In this document: positions 38,946 through 52,635 of the stretch, in pieces | Layout: the number at the start of each line of letters is the position of its first letter | Numbering within the stretch: the first letter of the stretch is position 1 | Source: Eledone cirrhosa | Taxonomy: Eukaryota | Direction: 5' to 3' | DNA: 64,000 nt | NCBI GenBank assembly: GCA_964016885.1 | Contig: OZ024741.1 | Span: forward strand, 295,306,001 to 295,370,000 | Notes under the pieces: generated by a model | What the model was told of the DNA's origin: nothing | Database searches by the model: none | The model's input: only the letters and a program-made list of their open reading frames with translations | Made by a program: the position numbers and the translations under genes

Positions 38946-39316
38946 AATGTTTGTATATGTTTGTTCTTAGAGGAACAAAGGCTCACAGATTTCTGTATTC
39001 AGATTGGAGCCAATCCTTATCACTAGCTTTCTCTTTAGCTTACAGGTGTCTGTAAGATCAGTATGGGGTCAGTCATGGTAGATAGTTTTGGAGGAAGGGG
39101 AGATTCCTTAAAAGCTAAATTCTTAAAGGTTCTAGTAAATTGACGAAGGTTTAGGGAATTCTGTAGACAATTTCTAAGTATAATCTATAGAACTGTAGCC
39201 ATAAATTCACGAGACACTTTCAACAGAACATACCCTGCGAGCATGCACGCACACACATGTGTATGGGGGAAATATATTTATATTTGTATACGCGTGTGTG
39301 CATGCGCGCATACACA

Positions 39317-39373
<57 letters not shown>

Positions 39374-39651
39374 TTGTATACATACACAGATTCTCATCTG
39401 TATTATAACCTTCATGCTCTGCGGTGTACTGAGTGCCTTGCTTACTGTGGCTGCCTCCGATTCAACCCAGAATAACGTATGTGTGTATGCGCGTGTGTGT
39501 ATGTGTGTGTGTGTGTGTCTTTTTTTTCGTGTATGTGTGGTTGTATGGGTAGTCTTATTTTATTTTTCCTTTCCTTCTTCCTTCTCCAGCTTCATATAGC
39601 TTGCTTTTTTTGTTTTTAAGATCCAAATTCAATAAACAAACCAGGATTTTT

Positions 39652-39707
39652 TCATTCTGAGGATTGAAAGCAAAACCTTTTGCTTTTAAGAAACCGCTGG
39701 TAAATGG
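39652..39707 (+). ncRNA. Type I hammerhead ribozyme (family C)
   Basis: Same as the 38274 copy except stem III loop gct; intact core and all three stems pair. Confidence 0.87.
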
Positions 39708-39735
39708 AATAATTGCCTTATGTTGTTTATTACAT

Positions 39736-39811
<76 letters not shown>

Positions 39812-39815
<4 letters not shown>

Positions 39816-41147
39816 TTGCGAGGTTTTTTATATGAAATCGTGTGTCGAAACAGATATTGTTATATTTGGGGAGGGTCATATTTGCGTAATATTGCCAGAA
39901 TTAATAACAGAACACACTCACTGTTTGGTTGGTTTTCGCTTCTCGCTGTCTTTTATATATATATATCTGCGATCTAACTTACTCGGTCCTCAATGTTGCC
40001 ATTGACTGACCGGCGGTCAAAAATAATACAGATACAATATAGACAAACACATATATATATAGTTTACATAAATCTTTCGTTGCACATCTGCAACATCGTC
40101 AGTGGTGTTATATTCATTGTTCCTCCTGTTGTGTTGTATGTCTACGCCATTTTTTTTTTGTTCAGTCTGTCTATATATTTATTTATTTATTTGCTTGTTT
40201 GTTTATCTTATTTTATTTTGTCTTCTTTGCGCATGCGTTTGCGTGTGTGTATAGTGTTATGTGTGATGTGTGACTAGTGTGTATAGTGTTGTGTCTGCTG
40301 GGTGACTAGTGTGTGTTTATGTGCTTGTGTATGTATTTATTTATCTTATTTTATTTAATTTAATTTACTTATTTATTTATACTTCTCTTAGGTCAGTGTT
40401 GTTTGTTTGGGTGTTGTTGTTGTTCCACTCATTCTTTCTGTTTAGCTTTGGTCTTCTAATTTCTATTTCACTGGCCTCTCTGATTTGCCTATCTGCTGGG
40501 TCATTCCTATGTTTAGATATTATTCTAATTTCTATGTTGTCTATGTTACCGTCATGATGTTGTCTAGCATGTTCGTATAGTACTGACCCGTTTTTTCGTC
40601 CTTTTAGTTCCCCCCAGTGTTGGTCTATCCTTTCACCTATGCTACGAGCTGTCTCACCTATGTATGTTGTTGTCGTGTTTCTGCAAGTACCCTCTGTACA
40701 TCTTATGCTATAGACTACGTTTCTAGTTTTACAGTTTATCCGGGGGTTCACCTTACATATGATACATTTCCTATTGGTACAGTGGGTTTTCTTAAAAGGG
40801 TAGGTTTTGCTGATCAGGGATTTTATGGTGGTTCCTGGCTTTTCTACCACCTTTATTTTTAAGTGGGTCTTTCTCAGGGCCTTTCTACACTGGTTAGCTA
40901 ATTTCCCTCCAGGGGTGGCGTCCACAAACATGACACTCTGATATCTCTGGTTGTCGTACCATGATGTGGCCTTCCCTATCTTATGTCTAGCCCTATCTAA
41001 GCTATTCCATGATTTGCTCCTGTATAGTGGGCAAATTCCTTTCATGTCCAGTTCTATGAGGGTCTTATACTTTTCCATGGCTCCTTCGTATACTCTGACT
41101 CTGTCTCTTTGGTTGTAGCCAGAGAACTGCATGCGGTTGATGAAGTG
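39812..41147 (-). mobile_element. Penelope-like family 2 (RT thumb, GIY-YIG, pLTR)
   Basis: ORF 40377..41132 is homologous to the family 1 C-terminus (MQFSGYNQRDR, YIGETARSIGERI); the pLTR has a hammerhead core at 40066-40107. Confidence 0.92.
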
Positions 41148-41260
41148 TTACTATTACACATCCAGCGGAGCATGCAAGCTTCATTCCTCTCTAGTCTGCG
41201 TATATCCTCTGCACACAATGCCCAGGTCTCACTGCCATGCAACATTGCTGTTCGTATGCA
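41146..41260 (-). pseudogene. Short internal RTE family A fragment
   Basis: [37 protein letters not shown], joined to Penelope family 2. Confidence 0.88.
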
Positions 41261-41406
41261 TATATATATATATTAATATATATATGTATGAATATATATA
41301 TATATATATGAATATATATATATATGAATATATATATATAAGAATATATATATATATATGAATATATATATATATGAATATATATATATATGAATATATA
41401 TATATA

Positions 41407-41442
<36 letters not shown>

Positions 41443-41470
41443 TATATATATATATGACTATATATATATA

Positions 41471-41516
<46 letters not shown>

Positions 41517-41778
41517 TATATATATATATCTATATGAATATATATATATATATATATATGAATATATATATATATATATATGAATATATATCTATATATA
41601 TATATATATTCATATATATATATATATGAATATATATATATATATATATATGAATATATATATATATATGAATATATATATATATATATATATATGAATA
41701 TATATATATATATGAATATATATATATATATATATGAATATATATATATATATATATGAATATATATATATATATATA

Positions 41779-41825
<47 letters not shown>
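41260..41825. repeat. Compound (TA)n-TGAA satellite
   Basis: Direct inspection. Confidence 0.9.
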
Positions 41826-41828
<3 letters not shown>

Positions 41829-42542
41829 AATATGATAATAATGGAGCTGCGGCGCTGTAAATAGGTTACCTATGAAAAAGTTTGTCCTCATCAGTGGCCA
41901 TCCAACCGTCGTAGGCATTTCGTCGCATTAAAGGCCATATACCTCAGGTTGGTGCGAGCAACGGCTAAAAAAAGTCGTTGGGACACGTAAATAAGGGAGA
42001 CGCTAGGGTAAACAGACAAAATGGTTTAAGCAGCAGAAAGTGATGAAGAAGGAAACAAGTCCCAGATTTCTACGAATATAAATTCGGTGGAATCGTGAAC
42101 GAGAGAATAAAGACCATCAAACCTGGTTGAAATGTGAGCAAGGAAGGAATTTCGCACAGGTCTAACGGGAGGAAGAAGGGGTCTGGTCCGCGAATTCGGT
42201 AAACATAATTTCTGTGAAGTCGCAGACGAGAGAGAGAGAAAAAAAATTCATACCGGCTTGGCCAAGTGCCCGCGAGAAAAGGATTATGGACAGGTCAAAC
42301 GGGAAGAAAGGGGAGGAGGAGAGGTAGTGACAGAGAGTGAGTGAGTGAAAGGTGAGGAAGAGGCTAACAGAGAGAGAGACTGCTAGAAAGGGTAAAGACA
42401 CAAAGAACGAAACAGACTGGTGGCAGCGCAGGAAAAAATATATGTGTAAATATGATAATAATGGAGCTGCGGCGCTGCAAATGGGTTACATATGAAAAAG
42501 TTTGTCCTCATCAGTGGCCATCCAACCGTCGTAGGCATTTCG

Positions 42543-42544
<2 letters not shown>
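41823..42544. mobile_element. Unclassified element with ~100-bp direct terminal repeats
   Basis: gtaaatatgataataatggagctgcggcgctg...gtaggcatttcgtc at 41826-41924 and 42446-42544, flanked by (TA)n. Confidence 0.65.
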
Positions 42545-42585
<41 letters not shown>

Positions 42586-42602
42586 TATCTATATATATAT
42601 GA

Positions 42603-42637
<35 letters not shown>

Positions 42638-42753
42638 TATATATATATATATGAATATATATATATATGAATGTATATATATATATATATATATATATGA
42701 ATATATATATATATATGAATATATATATATATGAATATATATATATATATATG

Positions 42754-43363
42754 CAAGTTAATATAAATTAATATATTTGATAAACACAAATACCAACATA
42801 TCTGTGTTTGTATTGTAAATGACTAAGTTAGCTAGATTGAAAAATACTAATTATAATAATACAGTTTGCCTGTCTCGATTTAAAATAATAAATCAATAAA
42901 AACAAAGCATATTGGCAAATGGCCGTAGTGCTTGGACAAATTTAAACTTCAAAATCAAACCTGTTCCGTAGACAGGTTTAAACCCTAAAATCCAAATAAG
43001 TTTCGAAAAATGAAAAAGTGAAAGAATACCGCATTTAGATCTCCTCAGCAAGCACTAGAAAAATTGGTATGTTTCACTTCAAAATATTTTAAAAGACTGT
43101 TTAACGCACATGGTTTTTTACACTTGGTTATCCAGTGTCTAGCTGCCGCATACTCGTGCTGCTAGAAATAACAGCCGTTTATATGGGGCTAAAGTTAGCT
43201 CTACAATAAGGAGCAGTGATACTATTAATAATGAGTTCAAAACTCAGGCAGTCTTTTACAATGAAATAGCTCAAAGAAAGAAGTATTTCCGAGCCGTGTA
43301 ATACAAGTCAATATAAATTAATATATTTGATAAACACAAATACCAACATATCTGTGTTTGTAT
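42754..43363. repeat. Segment bounded by ~60-bp direct repeats
   Basis: atataaattaatatatttgataaacacaaataccaacatatctgtgtttgtat at 42761 and 43311. Confidence 0.75.
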
Positions 43364-43364
43364 A

Positions 43365-43379
43365 TAATATATATATATA

Positions 43380-43419
<40 letters not shown>

Positions 43420-43437
43420 TATATATATATATATATA

Positions 43438-43483
<46 letters not shown>

Positions 43484-43567
43484 TATATATATATATATAT
43501 ATATTCATATATATATATATATATATTCATGTATATATATATATATATTCATGTATATATATATACA

Positions 43568-43601
<34 letters not shown>

Positions 43602-43719
43602 TATATATATATATATACATGAATATATATATATATATACATGAATATATATATATATATATGAATATATATATATATGAATATATATATATATATATAT
43701 ATATGAATATATATATATA

Positions 43720-43765
<46 letters not shown>

Positions 43766-43910
43766 TATATATATATATTATATATATGAATATATATATA
43801 TATTATATATATGAATATATATATATATTATATATATGAATATATATATATATTATATATATGAATATATATATATATATATTATATATATGAATATATA
43901 TATATATATA

Positions 43911-43944
<34 letters not shown>

Positions 43945-44217
43945 TATATATATATATGAATATATATATATATATGAATATATATATATATATATGAATA
44001 TATATATATATATATATACATGAATATATATATATATGAATATATATATATATATATATATATGAATATATATATATATATATGAATATATATATATATA
44101 TATATGAATATATATATATATATATGAATATATATATATATATACATGAATATATATATATATATATGAATATATATATATATATATGAATATATATATA
44201 TATATATATATATATGA

Positions 44218-44280
<63 letters not shown>

Positions 44281-44290
44281 TATATATATA
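43365..44290. repeat. Long compound (TA)n-TGAA satellite
   Basis: Direct inspection; unit polarity flips near 43560. Confidence 0.9.
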
Positions 44291-44299
44291 GCAGCGATG

Positions 44300-44770
44300 A
44301 ATTAGTTTAGCAAGGTTTTTTATATGAAATCGTGTGTCGAAACAGATATTGTTATTATTGGGGAGGGTCATATTTGTGTAATATTGCCAGAATTAATAAC
44401 AGAACACACTCACTGTTTGGTTGGTTTTCGCTTCTCGCTGTCTTTTATATCTGCGATCTAACTTACTCGGTCCTCAAAATGGCGTAGACATACAACACAA
44501 CAGGAGGAAAAAATATAACACCACTGACGATGTTGCAGATGTGCAACGAAAGATTTATGTAAATTATGTAAACTATACATATGTGTTTGTGTCTATATTG
44601 TATCTGTATCATTTTTGACCGTCGGTCAGTCAATGGCAACATTGAGGACCAAGTAAGTTAGATCGCAGATATAAAAGACAGCGAGAAGCGAAAACCAACC
44701 AAACAGTGAGTGTGTTCTGTTATTAATTCTGGCAATATTACACAAATATGACCCTCCCCAAGTATAACAA
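44300..44770. mobile_element. Inverted pair of Penelope family 2 pLTR fragments with hammerhead core
   Basis: Arms 44349-44477 and 44642-44770; plus 44518-44560 reads CTGACGA-t-gttgca-gatg-tgcaac-GAAA-gatt-TA. Confidence 0.85.
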
Positions 44771-44784
44771 ATATATATATATAT

Positions 44785-44818
<34 letters not shown>

Positions 44819-44825
44819 ATATATA

Positions 44826-44968
<143 letters not shown>

Positions 44969-45029
44969 CGAAACATAAGTCAATTGGATGAACTCATAAT
45001 CCTTTATTTACTGCTATATATATTTCGAT

Positions 45030-45851
45030 GATAGCCATTGAATGGTTATGACCTCATCAAATACCTTGATAATATGAGACGTGAGTGAGATCGAACGGTA
45101 GTTCACTGCAAGGGACTTATTTCCCTTTTTGAAGACTGGGACAACGGACTGGGACAGAAAGTTTTCAGGAATATAGCCAGTGTCCAGTGAGTTCCTCCAC
45201 AGATTAGCAAGATCACTTGCAAGCTGGTGTCGACACACCTTCAGGACACAAGCAGGGAACCTGTCAGGGCATACTGCTGAATTGTGTTTAATTTCGTTTA
45301 TTGCCGCTAAGACATCAGGGGTGCCAAACGTTATGTCCGATATAGTGTGTTGGGGGTTAATATCACTTATACGGCCCAGATCGGCCATATCAGGGTTGCT
45401 GAAAATAACAGTATTGTTTCTGCAGTATCTCGCCCATGGTTTTGGCATTGTCCTGGAGTGTGCCATTTTCATCAACTAGGGGGCCAACAGTGGAGACGGT
45501 GACCTTGTGTTTTTTAGCGAATGAGAAGAATACTTTGGGGTTGAGTTTGATTTTCTCAATGGCCCACCTGTCTTCAGCTATTCTCTGGTTATTGATGATG
45601 GTCATCGTGCATTGCTGGAGGTTATATTTTTTTTACTCAAGCATATATATATCTTAATTATATATAAACATAAATAATCGAGATTCGCATTTCGGCCCAC
45701 GAAATAACGAAAAACAACCTCCGAGATGTGAGGCAAGTGCTCAATGATTCAGATGAACCAGAGCTATAACAAACGTTAAAGGCCAAACACACTGAGACGA
45801 TGGTTAAACTATCATTCGCATAGCCAAAAAAACGATCAAGTAATTCAGGTA

Positions 45852-45915
<64 letters not shown>

Positions 45916-46048
45916 AAAAAAAGTGCTCTATGTAGGTTACAGAGCTTAATAGTTATGTAATAAACAACAAGGTAATTACTTCATTTACCAGTGCTTTCAA
46001 GAAACACTGGCAAATGAAATAATTATCTTATGTTGTTTATTACATAAC

Positions 46049-46132
<84 letters not shown>

Positions 46133-47730
46133 GAGAGAGAGAGAGACAGTTGATGTTTGTGTGTATCTTTCATACGCAGAAAAATACTAATATGATATGA
46201 CAATGTAATGGAACATTTCTGACCTAACGGTTATACACTACCCCTGAAAGGGTTTTGTTAGGGCTTTTCTTGGCATGTTTTTAGGAACCCACCATTGTTT
46301 ATAATCCACCAGAACAAGCTGCCAATTTATTCTCATTTTGTTGCGTGGTAGTTATTATTAAATCGGTGTCATCTTGTAATGTATAGGTGATGACTTTAGT
46401 TATAACTTCAACTAGCCATTGAATGCGTCTGTTGCTGTTGGCAGTATTTTAGTGTGTTAATTTTTTTGTTTGTTCTTTTTATTTTTCTGATAATTGTTTT
46501 TCTGTTTTGGGGGATACTGCACTTGGTTTTGTTCACAGGTTTTGGTGGGGTGTGTTTTGTACATATATTTGTGACAGTGTCTACAAAGATCTGCCAAGAT
46601 GTTTTGATGTTGGTGGAAGTGTGTCGACATGTGATAGTTCGTTCATAATTGCATCCCAGTTGGCATTGTAGAGATCCATGTTATCAAATGGGTGGGCTGG
46701 AGAGAGGACCCTGGGATTAGCTTTCGGCTGATGGAATCTCAGGTTACAAAGAACCATGTCATGGTCTGAGAGAAGGGTTTTTTCCACTGTAATATTATGT
46801 ATAGTGTTAGTGTGGTTACTAAACACTAGATCCAGAATGTTCTTCTGATGCCTCGTTGGTGCAAGGACAAGTTGGGACAAGAAAAACTCATTCATGAAGT
46901 CAAGAAGTGACTCGACAGCCTCTTTGTCAGTGGTTGAGGCTGTGGAGCCTGGTTTCAAAATACATGTAGACCAATCGACACAGGGTAGATTAAAGTCTCC
47001 CATCAAAAGTATGTTGCTAGAATGGCACTGTTTAATAAAGCATTTAATACTTTTGAGGCATTCTTTGAAACAGATTATGGGTGTTTGTGGCGGCCTATAG
47101 AGTCCAACTAATGTCAGGTCATTGGCTTTATTGTGCACAGTGACTGATTCACAGTAACCATTAGAGAATGTTGTGTTGCCATCTGCCGTAAAGGAATCAT
47201 GCAGAAAAATGGCAGTTCCACCTTTCCTTCTGCCAACATGATCCGCACGGATGGCTGTGAGATTTCTCACTCTTACTTCGGCCTCGAAGTGGGAGTTGTC
47301 AAGGTGGGTCTCAGTAAGAATGAAGAAGGGGATGTGAAATGGTTGGTTACCAACCCAATCCTCAATGAATTGGATCTTCCATTTCTGTGCATTGATGTAT
47401 GGGCTGATACCTTGTGTATTGAGTAAGAATGTGGAGGCTAGTGCGGTGGCTGGTTTTGACTGTTGTAGGGGCTTGTTTTGTGATTGTGTGTTAGTGACAG
47501 CAAGGTTGGTGTTGGGTGATGGCTAAAATGTTTTTCTCTATCTCTTTTGCCAGGTTCATGGCTAAAAAAGAAGGATTTTTTTTTTTGTTCAGGGAGCAGT
47601 TTTTGATTGGATTTGTGGTTACAACATTGGATAGGGTTGCAGTTCCCTCTTTTGTTGTTATTGTTGTTGTATTTGTTGTAAGTGTGTCTTTGTGAAAAGA
47701 CTTGAGCAGCGTTATTTTTGTTGTTGTTGT
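45030..47730 (-). mobile_element. CR1/L2/Jockey-type LINE relic (APE plus RT N-terminus), interrupted at about 45620-46430
   Basis: TETHL, GGTAIFL, GLYRPP, MGDFNLP, NILDLVF and SDHD (APE); PKVFFSF and PVFKKGNK...NYRSISLTS (RT). Confidence 0.85.
45949..46051. repeat. Fold-back of the family C element end
   Basis: atagttatgtaataaacaac...ttaccagtg / cactggcaaatgaaataattatcttatgttgtttattacataactat; related to 38241-38290. Confidence 0.75.
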
Positions 47731-47739
47731 ATATATACA

Positions 47740-48070
47740 ATATATTAATAAACGCAAACTATATTTATAAAACCATAATTATTTTATTAGATAGTCCACT
47801 ATCCAGCGAACCTCAACCATTAAGGTTATTTTTATGTGGGTATGTCAATATTTATTTATAAAACAAATTTGTATTTTATCTGATGAAAGCGCACCATAAT
47901 TTGCATTGGTTGCTCTTGAAATATATATAATAAAATAATTATGGTTTTATAAATATAGTTTCCATTTATTAATATATTGAATATTTACTCCACTAACTGT
48001 TGAGTGCTTTATATCAGTTATAAAATTTTTAAGCTTGTTGAATCCCAACAAATTAAATATAACCTCTGCA
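47740..48070. mobile_element. Hammerhead-bearing non-coding repeat family D
   Basis: Shares blocks with the copies at 8461, 25770 and 49965. Confidence 0.75.
47873..47936 (+). ncRNA. Type I hammerhead ribozyme (family D)
   Basis: attttat-CTGATGA-aagcgcacca-loop-tggttgctctt-GAAA-tatata-TA-ataaaat: 7-bp stem I, palindromic ATATATAT stem III. Confidence 0.8.
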
Positions 48071-48134
48071 TATATATTTATATATATATGAATATGTATA
48101 TATATATATATGAATATATATATATATATATATA

Positions 48135-48593
48135 AATGTCACTGGACCGAGACCTTTGGCGGTACTCAGTAACAGAGAAGACCCGCCTTACCTAAATATA
48201 TAGTAAAACCTACTCCAGCCAGTAGGCATCTCTAACAAAATACACCCCGTCCCACCACCACCACCCCCACCCGATCCACACCACCCCGTTCTATGTAAAG
48301 TTATGTTGGTGCCGCGCCATCGAGGCCGAAACAAATGAGATCGTGTAGGTGTCACGACAAAAAAACACACAGTCCACGCTGTAATGTGGCCGTGTAGGCA
48401 ACATGGTAAAAACCTCCCAGACCCACACTGTAAATGTGGTTGGTGTTAGGAAGGGCATCCAACTGTAGAAAACCTGCCAGACAGTCCTATGCGAGCAAGA
48501 CAATCACTCTTGCCTCAAGTGGGACTACCCCCGTCCAAACCCATGCAAGCGTGGAACACGGACGTTAAACGTTGATGATGATGATGATGATGA
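48135..48593 (+). mobile_element. RTE family A 3' end
   Basis: Near-identical reverse complement of 36893-37344. Confidence 0.9.
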
Positions 48594-48647
48594 TATATAT
48601 ATATATGAATATGTATATATATATATGAATATGTATATATATATATA

Positions 48648-48687
<40 letters not shown>

Positions 48688-48900
48688 TATATATATATAT
48701 ATATATATATGAATATGTATATATATATATGAATATGTATATATATATATATATGAATATATATATATATATGAATATATATACAGTATTTTCCGTTGTG
48801 TTATAGAAACACGTTGTGTTATAGAAACACGTGTCAATAAATTCCTTTCAACTAAACTGTATCCATTCAAATCTTTCTATATGAATATATATATATATGA

Positions 48901-49460
<560 letters not shown>

Positions 49461-49477
49461 GGATATGTATATATATG

Positions 49478-49510
<33 letters not shown>

Positions 49511-49524
49511 GTATATATATTTAT

Positions 49525-49746
49525 ATATGAAGAGGTCACGGAATGTTTGACAAAAGAACTTTGACAATATACGAACAACCGTCCGGTTGTGGAACCAACC
49601 AATCAACCGGAAATTTATAAATTTAATTTATAATAACTGGTGCGTGTGTTTCTTATTGGCAACATGACCCTCTCAAAGCATAACAATATCGGTTTCAACA
49701 TACGTTTTCAGATAAAGAATCTTGCTAAACAAATTCAGAAACGAAA
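49525..49746 (+). mobile_element. Diverged Penelope family 1 pLTR 3' end
   Basis: Reverse complement matches 21388-21650; hammerhead decayed. Confidence 0.8.
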
Positions 49747-49964
49747 TATATATGAATATGTATATATATATATATATATATGAATATATATATATATATT
49801 TCATTGTTTTAACTTATATCATGACTCTGTTTTCCTTTTAATGTTTTATTATTTTCCGGGATTTATCTTAACCTACAACATTTTCAACATATGGATTACA
49901 TTGAGTTCTTCATGCAGAATAGACCCCCAACTTACCGTGGATATCTCTGTGTATATATATATAT

Positions 49965-50395
49965 ATGTAGGAGTTGTATTTAATTTGTTGGAATTCCGAC
50001 AAACATAAATGTTTATAACTGATATAGAGCACTCAACAAGTTACTGGAGTAAATATTCCAAGATAATAATATATGGAAACTTTATTTATAAAACCATATT
50101 TATTTTATTATATATATTTCAGGGACGACCACGCAACTCTCTGTGCGCTTTCATTAGATAAAATACAAAATTTGTTTTATAAATAATGACATACCCATGG
50201 AAATCACACCTTAACGGTCCGAAAATTCGTTGGATAGCGAATTTTTGGACTGTTAAGGTGTGATTTCCATGGGTATGTCATTAGTTATAAAACAAATTTT
50301 GTATTTTATCTGATGAAAGAGCACCAACATTTGCTTGGTCGCCCTTGAAATACATATAATAAAATAAATATGGTTTTATAAATATTATTATCTTG
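49965..50395. mobile_element. Head-to-head fold-back dimer of family D
   Basis: Central hairpin 50185-50282; minus hammerhead 50102-50165 (CTAATGA) and plus hammerhead 50303-50365 (intact core). Confidence 0.8.
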
Positions 50396-50710
50396 GTATA
50401 TATATATATATATATATATATATGGAGTCCCACAAACCTATTAAAGAGTTTATCAATTTCTATCAATTGTTATCTATTCGAAATGGTCCAGGTTATTCTC
50501 CTACCTGTTTGTATTTTTTGTTGTTGTGTCTATAAAGTATGCTATGGCCACATGCATTTGATCACTTTTTTCTTGGTGTCACACTTTCTTAACTTTGTGT
50601 TCACTCTGGAAAAAAATGTATTAACTTTTCACACCATTGAGTGCCTTGTGACTGCCTCAAACAAATCAATTGGTTTCTGCTACACTGTAGCTATAACTTT
50701 GATTTATACC

Positions 50711-50747
<37 letters not shown>

Positions 50748-51437
50748 GTTGTGTGTGTGTATGTGTGTGTGTGTCACAACATGGCTCACTGGTACAAACT
50801 AATATACACAGTAATTGATTGAGAAAGTTGTCTACATTACAATTTGATAGCAAAAGAAAACCGATGAAGATCATGGGGAATTCAAATTCTGTTTAGCAAC
50901 AGTGTTTACCCCATTGAAAAGATAAAATATATAAATCAATGTATGTATATCCACATGTGTGTGAGAGAGGGAGAGGGTTTTCAAGAATATATATGTGGCT
51001 GTATCTGTATGTTTTATCTAAATAGTGTAGGAATAAGATGTACTAAGATCTTACAAATTGAACTACTTTGATTCCATTGTAAACATTCGTTTGCTGCTAT
51101 ATTCTAAGAATTGGTCACAAAGATTATATTTTGATTGTTATCTGAATTATTTTGCTATCTTATGGTGTTGTTTTCCAAATTTTATCAGGTTTCATGGCTA
51201 AACATTTAAAGTTTAGAGTAAAATATAAATTCAACTGTTATATCTTAATAATTTTAGTCCAAAATATTAGTGCCAAGTAGAGATCTGTTCATATTTGTTT
51301 CTATAAATAACTGTATTGTTTCCTGAAATAGAGTGTGTTGCATTGTGATAACTAAAACAAGTAATGGTTAAAGATTTCAATCTGGTTTGGAGAGGAGATA
51401 ACAGAAGCAAAGAAATAGCTTTGAGTCACCAGTAGAA

Positions 51438-51444
<7 letters not shown>

Positions 51445-51478
<34 letters not shown>

Positions 51479-52412
51479 TTTCTTTATTAATGCTTTCTTT
51501 ATTAATCACAAGGGTTTACACAAAGTAGACATTAAGGACAGTACAGGACAATACAGGATGGTACAAATGGGCATTTCTGTGTGTAAAAAAACCCAAAAAA
51601 CAGAGGATGTAACAAAAAAAGAACAATGAAAAATTCCCCAATAAGGGGGAGACATCCGAGGGCGATCGTTGAGAAAGCGCATTAAAAAAGCTACGGTGAC
51701 CCTGACCACCAGGGCAAGTGCCCTCTCCCAGTCTTCCACCTTCAATTTACAGGCATATACTCAGAGTAGGCCCATTCACTCAGGCCATTCTTGCCTCTCT
51801 CACCCATCTTTCAACAAAATGCTGGGAAGAGAGCACTTCCCTCTCTACCCTGATTTTCCTTTTCAAATGAAATTTGAAAAAGTTAATCAGGGCCTCACCG
51901 AAGAGGTAAGTGCTCGTCGTCAGCCCTTTCAGACGCATCCCCCATACTATCTCTTTCGCCATGGCCACCAGGCAGATAAAAACTGCCTGCCCTGCCCGGC
52001 TAAAGGAAGAGGGCGGGGCAATCCTCATGATGGACTCAGCTGATAGCCGGGTCCGTTCTAGCAATGCTCAGACACTGGATGAGTGCATGCAGGATGGTTT
52101 CGTCGCCCTGCACATATCTTGGACATGTCCGGCTGACGGCACTTCCATGCCTGTAAAGTTTATCCAAAACTGGCAAAGCTCCACGGTAGCACTGCCAGTC
52201 GAGGGATTTCTGAAAATTGTCCATAGGCCCTGGCCCGAAAGTTCTTCTGAAGAGATTGGCTAGTTGATTTTCGTCAACGCCTAGAGTTTCCCCAAGTACG
52301 TCGTCACTCTTCCCCTCCACTAATCCTCTATAGAACGCCAAGGTGGAGTTTCCACCGATCACATTGCTCGACTGGTCGAGGGCCATGAGCGCCTGAAGGC
52401 ATTCCAGTCTCA
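51445..52412 (-). mobile_element. Tx1/L1-clade LINE 3' end
   Basis: zf-RVT-like W...ALPV...CPR...ETILHALIQC; T-rich 3'UTR; (ATT)n tail. Confidence 0.8.
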
Positions 52413-52424
52413 ATAATAATAATA

Positions 52425-52635
52425 ATGATTTAGGAAAAAGGCCAACAATTTTGGGGAGGGGAAAGTCGATTAAATCGATCTCAGTGCTTTACTGGTACTT
52501 TATTTTATTGGCCCTATAAGGATGAAAGGTAAAGTTAACCTTGGCAGGTATTGAACTCGGAACATAAAGGGCCATAATTCTATGCTGCAAAGCATGTTGT
52601 CCACTTCCCTACCGATACTAATAATCCACTGTCCT
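52425..52635 (-). mobile_element. SINE family 2, diverged
   Basis: Core cctttcatccttatagg...aataaagtaccag on the minus strand. Confidence 0.7.

Noticed and set aside
41826-41970. Type II hammerhead in the direct repeats
   Set aside because: The core words are present but the stem II strands are not complementary.
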